Positions 55,739-61,927 of a stretch of DNA of 64,000 nt are shown here, in pieces. How positions within the stretch are numbered: position 1 is the first letter of the stretch; each line of letters begins with the position of its first letter. Source of the DNA: Chloroflexota bacterium. Lineage in GTDB: Bacteria > Chloroflexota > Dehalococcoidia > Dehalococcoidales > JBDRCY01. The stretch spans positions 2,497 to 66,496 of the forward strand of contig JBDRCY010000001.1 of the NCBI GenBank assembly GCA_043821265.1, read 5' to 3'. The notes beneath the pieces are model-generated. The model did no database searches, was not told the origin of the DNA, and worked only from the letters and a program-made list of their open reading frames with translations. The position numbers and the translations under genes are program-made.

Positions 55739-56397
55739 TGGGCTGGAGGCAGGCTATGCCCGGCGTGTTCCGGGGTGACCCGGCCTATGACCGGGATGAT
55801 AGTCACGACCTCTCGGTGAGGGCCAAGATATCCAACCTGCCGGTGAGAAGCCGGCTTACTAAGCGCTTCTGCCAGTGGCGGGAGAATCCCGGCGCCGGTG
55901 AGGGCCTTACGGCGGCACTCGATTTCGTCAACGGGCGCATAAGGCCGCCCTTCCTGCTGCTGTTCGGTAAGCCCGGCCTGGGTAAGAGCCACCTGGCCAT
56001 CGCCATCGGCTGGCATTACCTCATTAACGGTAGGACAGCAGCCTACTATCAGGCTGAGGACTTACTGGATACCCTGCGCGAGGGCTACCGCCCACAGCAG
56101 GCGCGGGCCAATCTAGATAGCAGCGCCGATAGCTACGATAAGGTAATGAAATTCGCCAAGAAGGTGGATTTACTCTTGCTGGACGACCTGGGCGCCCACA
56201 AGGGGACGGACTGGGCGGCGGCCAAGCTGGACCAGCTCATAAACCACCGCTATACCGGGGGGCTGGCCACCGTCATCACCGCCAACACCCTGGAGATACC
56301 CGACCGCATCCTGGACCGGTGCCGGGAGGGGCGGGTGGTGCGCCTGCGCGGCGAGAGCTACCGGGCACTCAAGGGGCAGGCGATATTAAGGCAGTGA
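55735..56397 (+). CDS. DnaC/IstB-like AAA+ helicase loader
   Basis: 220 aa. Walker A LLLFGKPGLGKSHLA and Walker B LLLLDDLG. Its start overlaps the DnaD-like stop. Confidence 0.8.
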   Translation: MMGWRQAMPGVFRGDPAYDRDDSHDLSVRAKISNLPVRSRLTKRFCQWRENPGAGEGLTAALDFVNGRIRPPFLLLFGKPGLGKSHLAIAIGWHYLINGRTAAYYQAEDLLDTLREGYRPQQARANLDSSADSYDKVMKFAKKVDLLLLDDLGAHKGTDWAAAKLDQLINHRYTGGLATVITANTLEIPDRILDRCREGRVVRLRGESYRALKGQAILRQ

Positions 56398-56404
56398 GTG
56401 AGAG

Positions 56405-56614
56405 ATGAATAACGGAGTGAAGCTGGTACCCTATAGCCTGAGCCCGCTCCAGGCGGCGCTCATCGAGTGGATGAAGGCGCACCCCTATGCCCGCATCGAA
56501 ATAGTGGTGCAGGACGGCGTGCCGGTGCAGGCGCTCATAACCACCGACGACGGCATCGGACGCGAAACCGTCCTCTTCGACAAGGTAGCGAGAAAACTGG
56601 GGTTGATTAAGTGA
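56405..56614 (+). CDS. Small hypothetical protein (YezD/DUF2292-like?)
   Basis: 69 aa. ...ARIEIVVQDGVPVQALITTD... resembles the YezD beta-hairpin pattern. Weak. Confidence 0.45.
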   Translation: MNNGVKLVPYSLSPLQAALIEWMKAHPYARIEIVVQDGVPVQALITTDDGIGRETVLFDKVARKLGLIK

Positions 56615-56678
56615 GGGAGTGAGACGATAATAAAACCTATACTGTTTAATCCTATCAGTAGCTCATATACGAACATGG

Positions 56679-56687
56679 TGGTATAAT
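56679..56687 (+). promoter_or_regulatory. Extended -10 promoter (TGgTATAAT) in the AT-rich spacer upstream of the moron
   Basis: tggtataat is a perfect TGnTATAAT. It lies about 175 nt upstream of the ATG at 56864. Confidence 0.5.
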
Positions 56688-56863
56688 AGTACTGTTTGCT
56701 CTTAGGGGAAATAACTAGAAGATTGAGGGATGATGGAAAGCACAATTATCTGGTTATCGTAGGTTTGTTTAACTTAAAGCCCAAGGAAGTCCACAAGGGC
56801 TTCTTAGAATCAAACGAAGTAGGTATTATCTTCATGCTGATGGGAAGGGAAAAGAGGTGAACT

Positions 56864-57610
56864 ATGAATGATATTGCACTAGACCTCATTAAAGCTGAAA
56901 AGGAAGCTCAAAAGATTACTGTTGAACAGCATAGAGGAGTATTTGAATTATTAACAACAATGTTGAACTTATACATTAACGGTTTCACCTTAATTGGTTC
57001 ATTAGATAACAAAAACAGTGATACTGATTGGGTTTGGTTATTTTTAATAACACGAAGCTTTTACTCATTGAGATGTTCCGTAGAACTAATGAAAAAAGCA
57101 TACTATGCACAAGCAATGGCTCTTATCAGGATGGTAACTGAGACTTATTTCATTTGTGGTAACTGTAAAAATGACCAAACTATTGCTGACGCGATACTAC
57201 ATAATAAACCTAACAGACCTGATGGCAGGACGATATTTAACTATAGAGATTTGGCCTGCAATATGGGGGCTTCAGTTATGCATGAGAAGGATTATACATT
57301 TGAATGTAAGTTTGCTCACACGTCAAGCCTAAGTGTTGGAATAATGACCACTAAGATTGACGCTAGTAATCGTGAATTAAAGCCCATACCAGTTTATGAC
57401 GAAATACTATTTATGGCCTGTTGTGAACTGGCTTTAAAAAACGGGATTTTAATGACAATGTTTCTAGAGAACTTACTAGATGATTTGTCTCAGGAAAAAG
57501 TAAATATCTGGCGTCTTCAAGCAAGGACAGGAATACAGGAAATAAGTGAATGGTTGGATGGGCTGAAACACAAATACGGAAGCAAAGAGCCACCAACTAA
57601 CATTGAGTAG
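56864..57610 (+). CDS. AT-rich hypothetical protein (moron cargo), helical, no family recognised
   Basis: 248 aa. AGAGGTG RBS. My hand count of three 60-nt lines (56881-57060) gives 56/180 G+C, versus 38/60 for line 56221-56280 in the dnaC-like gene. Confidence 0.7.
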   Translation: MNDIALDLIKAEKEAQKITVEQHRGVFELLTTMLNLYINGFTLIGSLDNKNSDTDWVWLFLITRSFYSLRCSVELMKKAYYAQAMALIRMVTETYFICGNCKNDQTIADAILHNKPNRPDGRTIFNYRDLACNMGASVMHEKDYTFECKFAHTSSLSVGIMTTKIDASNRELKPIPVYDEILFMACCELALKNGILMTMFLENLLDDLSQEKVNIWRLQARTGIQEISEWLDGLKHKYGSKEPPTNIE

Positions 57611-57715
57611 AACCTGTTGATTTATAATAGAGAAGTTAATAAAATCGTTTATTTTCAGCAAAAAGTCATAAAGGCGGATTGTAACTAAATAAACCGTCGC
57701 TGACCAGGGGAAACC

Positions 57716-57768
57716 GGAGGCGAACCTTTGGGAGCCGTTAGAGGCTCCGGGGTTCGCCTCCTTTTTTA
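57716..57768 (+). terminator. Strong rho-independent terminator
   Basis: ggaggcgaacc...ggagcc-gttaga-ggctcc...ggttcgcctcc followed by ttttttatt. 11-bp outer and 6-bp inner stems. Confidence 0.8.
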
Positions 57769-57781
57769 TTAAAGGAGAGAG

Positions 57782-57973
57782 ATGAATACCTGGCTTTTAT
57801 GGGAGTGCCTGAACGAAGAGACCAGGCGGAAGCTGAGAAAGCTGATGCCCCCCGGCTGGAAGCCGCCCTGCCGCAGCGGGCGGGCGGTGGAGCTTAACTG
57901 CCGGCTGGAGGGAGTCGGTGAGATTGGCCGGCTCATGAGGCAGCCGAGGAGCCGTGCGAGACAGCCCCGGTGA
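57782..57973 (+). CDS. Hypothetical small basic protein
   Basis: 63 aa. AAAGGAGAGAG RBS directly upstream. 4-nt overlap with the next ORF. Confidence 0.4.
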   Translation: MNTWLLWECLNEETRRKLRKLMPPGWKPPCRSGRAVELNCRLEGVGEIGRLMRQPRSRARQPR

Positions 57974-58389
57974 CCGACGAGTGGTATGCGCCCCGGGAGA
58001 TTAACTTTTCCCCGGAGCAGGTCCTGTGGCTGATTTCACACCTGCCCCTGCTCAGGGAAGGGCTGTACCCGCCGTCGCCGCACACTTCGGGCTATACCGA
58101 TGTGGTCTCGTCAAGGCGGAGCCGGCGGCATAACGCCTACTTCGAGACGCCGTGCCAGCTCGCCGGTGAGGTGGAGGTCAGGCTGTCACGGTGCCACCGC
58201 GACGGGCTTTTAGTCGAGGCGCGCTACCTGTGGGGCAAGGAGGACGAATACCTGTGCCGCTGCTTTGACCTGACGGAGCGGGAACTGGGGCGCTGCATCG
58301 GGCGGGCTATCCGCTATATCAGCGGCTGGAAGAGAAAGCGCCGCAGCTACCGGGAGTTCATCAGCCACCGGCGGGGGAGAGGAAATTAA
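57970..58389 (+). CDS. Hypothetical phage protein; possible late-gene regulator (sigma-70 region-4-like HTH at the C-terminus)
   Basis: 139 aa. ...YLCRCFDLTERELGRCIGRAIRYISG... looks like a region-4/ArpU-type HTH. By-eye assignment only. Confidence 0.45.
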   Translation: MTDEWYAPREINFSPEQVLWLISHLPLLREGLYPPSPHTSGYTDVVSSRRSRRHNAYFETPCQLAGEVEVRLSRCHRDGLLVEARYLWGKEDEYLCRCFDLTERELGRCIGRAIRYISGWKRKRRSYREFISHRRGRGN

Positions 58390-58508
58390 GGGGGATACTG
58401 ACATAGTGTCATTGAAGTATATACTGTCTTTTTAATAGGAGGTGGAAATATGAGCCGGAAGACTATAAATACGAGCCTGTTCGCATTTCCACGAATGTCC
58501 TATTGCGA

Positions 58509-59558
58509 CTACCTCTGTGGCTCAATAACTACTTTAACGGAATCCCGGGCATCGGCGACAAGCTGAAAGCCTGTGCCTGTTTCGGCTAGACCCAAACGAT
58601 GGGTAATCATCTGGCGCACCGGAACTGTGCCGGCCCGAATCAGTTCCAGCGCTGCCTGGTAGTCAGCGGGGCTACCGGCATAAGAAGTAGTCAGTGTTAT
58701 GTCGTTTCGCCAAAAAAGCTCATTTATTGATATAGGAATGGTAATGCCCGGGTCTGTTGGGGCAAAGAAGAGTATAGTGCCCCCACGCTCTACCGATTGC
58801 AAGGCTTGAATAATGGCTGACCTGGCACCTGTAGATACTATTACCAGGTCAGCCAAGCGACCCTGGTTGACCTCACGCAGGCGGGCAGGCAGGTACTCTT
58901 CGGCATTGATGGTAGTATCAGCCCCAAACTGTTGCGCTGCCTTGAGCCTGTAGTCGATAATATCCGTCGCTATTAACCGACCGGCTCCCAGGATACGCGC
59001 CAGCTGCACATGGAGCAACCCGGCAATTCCAGCACCCATGACAAGTACACTATTGCCTGGCCGTATACGTGCCAACCTCTGCCCGCGTAGAACGCAAGCT
59101 AACGGCTCAACGAATGTCGCCTCTTCGTAAGAAACCTCGTCCGGCAGCAGAAATACCCCACGGTCTACGTTTAGAGCGGGCAAGCGAATATATTCAGCAA
59201 AACCGCCGGGGTCAAAACTGGTCTGGCGGAGGGTATCACAAACGGTATGATGACCGCTCAGGCAGTAGTGACAGGTGTTGCAAGGTACGTGATGAGCCAG
59301 GGATACCCTGTCACCCTCTTTGAGGTGCTTCACCCCATCTCCTGCAGCCACTATTTGCCCGCCAACTTCATGGCCCAGCACCAGTGGCGCCCGGTCAAGT
59401 CGATACCATTCCATCACATCACTACCGCATATACCGCTGGCCTCTACACGCACCAGTAGCTCACCGAAACCGATTTGCGGTATAGGCATTTCCTCAATCC
59501 GCACATCCCGGTTGCTATACCACATGGCAACACGCATTCTATCGTTGCTCACACCCAT
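58509..59558 (-). CDS. Zinc-dependent medium-chain alcohol dehydrogenase (threonine/sorbitol dehydrogenase-like)
   Basis: 349 aa. ...VEASGICGSDV...GHEVGGQIVAAGDGV... and the Rossmann motif VLVMGAGIAGLL. ATGA overlap with the upstream aldolase stop. Confidence 0.85.
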   Translation of the reverse strand: MGVSNDRMRVAMWYSNRDVRIEEMPIPQIGFGELLVRVEASGICGSDVMEWYRLDRAPLVLGHEVGGQIVAAGDGVKHLKEGDRVSLAHHVPCNTCHYCLSGHHTVCDTLRQTSFDPGGFAEYIRLPALNVDRGVFLLPDEVSYEEATFVEPLACVLRGQRLARIRPGNSVLVMGAGIAGLLHVQLARILGAGRLIATDIIDYRLKAAQQFGADTTINAEEYLPARLREVNQGRLADLVIVSTGARSAIIQALQSVERGGTILFFAPTDPGITIPISINELFWRNDITLTTSYAGSPADYQAALELIRAGTVPVRQMITHRLGLAETGTGFQLVADARDSVKVVIEPQR

Positions 59559-60361
59559 CAGGCCTTCTTCGTCTCCTCATCCTTGGTACTGCTGAATATC
59601 TCCTGGGCCTCTTTCGGGTTGGCATTCTGGTGAACAATGGCCCGTATTGCCTTAATCATCGCCACCGGGAAATCATTTTGCCAGATGTTCCTGCCTAGAT
59701 TCACGCCGATGGCCCCTTTTTGCATGCCGTCATAGACAAACTCAAATACCTCAAGCTCGGTATCAACACGGGGTCCACCGGCCATGACAACCGGCACCGG
59801 GCAACCCCTGGTCACTTTTTCAAAGTTTTCGCACCAGTATGTTTTTACTACCCGCGCGCCTAACTCAGCGGCAATGCGACTGGCCAGGGCGAGGTAGCGG
59901 GCATCTCGTTTATCCAACTCCTTGCCCACAGCGGTAACCGCCATTACCGGTATGCCGTACTTTTCGCCATCGTCAACAAGCTTGGTTAGATTTAATAATG
60001 ACTCCTTCTCATAGTCACTACCGACAAAGACAGAGATACCCACTGCCGAGACATTAAGGCGGATAGCATCCTCCATAGAGGTGGTAATGCCTTCATTGGC
60101 CAGGTCTCTTCCAACCATACTGGCACCGCCAGACACCCTGAGAATAATTGGTCTAGTGTTATCAGGGTCCACTGATGAGCGTAACACACCCCTGGTAATG
60201 AAGATGGCATCGGCGTAGGGTAAAAGAGGCTCAAGGGTTTTACGCGGCTCTTCCAACCTCCTGGTAGGACCTTGAAAGTATCCGTGGTCCACTGGTAAAA
60301 ACAGTGCATGCCCATCAGATTGGATGAGCTGTGCCAAACGGTTTGCCATTCCCCATTCCAT
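59558..60361 (-). CDS. Class I aldolase of the DhnA/FbaB/LsrF family
   Basis: ...LFLPVDHGYFQGP... near the N-terminus, TIM-barrel pattern. The likely start is ATG 60361 (AAGGGGGA upstream); the ORF track extends to 60439. Confidence 0.8.
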   Translation of the reverse strand: MEWGMANRLAQLIQSDGHALFLPVDHGYFQGPTRRLEEPRKTLEPLLPYADAIFITRGVLRSSVDPDNTRPIILRVSGGASMVGRDLANEGITTSMEDAIRLNVSAVGISVFVGSDYEKESLLNLTKLVDDGEKYGIPVMAVTAVGKELDKRDARYLALASRIAAELGARVVKTYWCENFEKVTRGCPVPVVMAGGPRVDTELEVFEFVYDGMQKGAIGVNLGRNIWQNDFPVAMIKAIRAIVHQNANPKEAQEIFSSTKDEETKKA

Positions 60362-60739
60362 ATTAGTAATCCCCCTTCTATATTCATAATTCATATTCAG
60401 GGCACGGTTATCTATATGCCTTACTGTATCATACTCCATGCTGCATGAGTCAACTCAACCGACCTCGCCGTCATACTACAGGTGTATATCATCGGGATTT
60501 CCCATTTCAAATTGCAATGAGAGGTCAGTGACCCGCCCCCCAAAAAGGAGTCCAATTATTATGTTCGAGTTGCCGAAATAATAGGTTCCTTTTTTACCAC
60601 ACGGTTTCACGCCTGGCCTTCAGGAGTGAAATATTGCGGACCTTTTTTAAGTAATAGCGGAGCGCAATTTATTAAATGGTAAGTATACCTTGAGGGCAAG
60701 TAAGAAGAAATATAGCCTTGACAAGCCTATTGACAAGCG

Positions 60740-60748
60740 TGTTATAAT
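60740..60748 (+). promoter_or_regulatory. Extended -10 promoter (TGtTATAAT) pointing into the 3' end of the NYN gene
   Basis: tgttataat is a perfect TGnTATAAT. Two TTGACA hexamers lie upstream at 60718-60723 and 60730-60735. Confidence 0.45.
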
Positions 60749-60754
60749 AATAGA

Positions 60755-60812
60755 CATAAGACTAAGAAAAGACTAAGAGAAATACCCCGCTTGAAAAGGC
60801 GGGGTATTTCTC
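60755..60812 (+). ncRNA. Candidate short transcript / cis-antisense RNA (prediction only)
   Basis: The region between the extended -10 promoter and the 14-bp hairpin contains the direct repeat agactaaga twice. There is no ORF. Confidence 0.2.
60777..60812. terminator. Perfect 14-bp hairpin directly after the NYN stop codon
   Basis: gagaaataccccgc-ttgaaaag-gcggggtatttctc. It starts 1 nt from the stop at 60814-60816. T-rich flanks on both strands. Confidence 0.7.
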
Positions 60813-60813
60813 A

Positions 60814-61371
60814 TTATCGGAAGCATCCTTCTAAATAGCCACTATCTAGTAGTATTGTCGCATCTGCAACGCTCTTTAGGATTGGAGACCAAGCTTGTTC
60901 TGTAAATGCACTTTCCACGATTTTGTCCATTCTTCTTACTTCTAAAATAGAGCAAACAAAATCTTGGTCTCCTGACACCAGTATGGCAATGTCATATGCA
61001 TTCCGTATGGCTAAAGCCACCAAATCAAAAGCTATTAGTGCATCTACTCCCTTCTGCTCATAAGTGGGTATACTAAACTCATGACTACACTCTGGGCATT
61101 TATATACTTTATCTCTTTTGACACGACGACCCAGCCTTACATCAAAATAGGGATTCTTCCGAAGACGGTCAAAGAATCTTTGTTGCGCATCATATGAACC
61201 TCTATTTACGTCGGGCCATAATGGAGCTTCATAATAATTAACACCCATAAGTCTACGTTCACCAACAAGTTTTTTAGCAAGTGCTTCTGGGAAAACACCC
61301 TTATCAAACGTTGCTTTTGCTGCCATTTCTAAATTAGACCCATCAATAAAGATAAAAACTCGGTCACCCAT
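60814..61371 (-). CDS. NYN domain (LabA-like, PIN-like ribonuclease fold) protein with a CxxC insert
   Basis: 185 aa. Contains IFIDGSNL, ...KGVDALIAFD..., ...VSGDQDF... and an inserted YKCPECSHEF. Spot G+C is 19/60 and 25/60 in two lines. Confidence 0.8.
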   Translation of the reverse strand: MGDRVFIFIDGSNLEMAAKATFDKGVFPEALAKKLVGERRLMGVNYYEAPLWPDVNRGSYDAQQRFFDRLRKNPYFDVRLGRRVKRDKVYKCPECSHEFSIPTYEQKGVDALIAFDLVALAIRNAYDIAILVSGDQDFVCSILEVRRMDKIVESAFTEQAWSPILKSVADATILLDSGYLEGCFR

Positions 61372-61517
61372 AATATCACCCCCATATAGATTGGATTATA
61401 CTACTAAGTGAGGTGGTGTCAAGGTAGGGTTGGCAACAGGGGGTTTGTCAATACACTAACAAAGGAACAATTGTTAAAGGCAGGTCAGACCGATTAATGG
61501 AATTAAGCCACAGGGCA

Positions 61518-61556
61518 TTGACACAGGTAATACTATATGGTAGTATACAGTATTAC
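61518..61556 (+). promoter_or_regulatory. csoR-copA promoter with an overlapping inverted repeat (candidate CsoR operator)
   Basis: TTGACA (61518-61523)-N17-TAGTAT (61541-61546). The inverted repeat GTAATACT (61527-61534)-N14-AGTATTAC (61549-61556) brackets the -10. Confidence 0.5.
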
Positions 61557-61602
61557 TAAATATAGTCAATCAATAATATAGTAAATAGGAGGTGATAAAG
61601 GC

Positions 61603-61896
61603 ATGTCTTCAACATTAAGGCAGCACAGCTATACCAAGGACAAATCGGCCCTGCTGACCAGAATGAAGAGAATAGCTGGTCAGGCTAAGGGCATTCAGCA
61701 GATGATTGAAGAAGATCGGTACTGCATTGACATAGTTCAGCAGTTAACCGCGCTCTCGGCGGCAGCAGATAACGCCGCGTTACTTATTATGGAGAGCCAT
61801 ATTAAAGGCTGTGTATCAGATGCGGTTCGTCGTGAAAATAGTGAAAAGCATATTAAAGAACTAATGACGACTATACGCAAAGCCATCAGGCGATAA
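61603..61896 (+). CDS. csoR: CsoR family copper-sensing transcriptional repressor
   Basis: 97 aa. ...DRYCIDIVQQLTA...ESHIKGCV... gives the C / H-x3-C ligand pattern of Cu(I)-sensing CsoR. GGAGG RBS. Confidence 0.85.
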   Translation: MSSTLRQHSYTKDKSALLTRMKRIAGQAKGIQQMIEEDRYCIDIVQQLTALSAAADNAALLIMESHIKGCVSDAVRRENSEKHIKELMTTIRKAIRR

Positions 61897-61927
61897 TATT
61901 TGAGCGGGTCACAGGAGGAGATGGAAG

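Larger units (their letters stand above)
51329..58389. mobile_element. Truncated prophage remnant (immunity and replication modules, one moron, a late-regulator-like gene; no integrase, no virion genes)
   Basis: Divergent CI-like/Cro-like pair with back-to-back promoters. DUF5131 (Gp37/Gp68) gene, DnaD-like and DnaC-like loader genes, and small overlapping ORFs typical of phage early regions. Flanked by chromosomal transporter and metabolic genes. Confidence 0.7.

Noticed and set aside
51226-58463. Candidate att-like direct repeat TATGAGCCG at about 51226 and about 58448, flanking the prophage remnant
   Set aside because: Only about 9 identical nucleotides, each preceded by a GGAGG-like motif. 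This is compatible with chance. It needs a computed repeat search and comparison with an empty site.
60561-60581. Six-codon mini-ORF (MFELPK) with an AAAGGAG RBS upstream of the aldolase gene, considered as a leader peptide
   Set aside because: It lies on the plus strand, opposite to the aldolase gene it would have to regulate. No attenuator-like alternative hairpins were evident.
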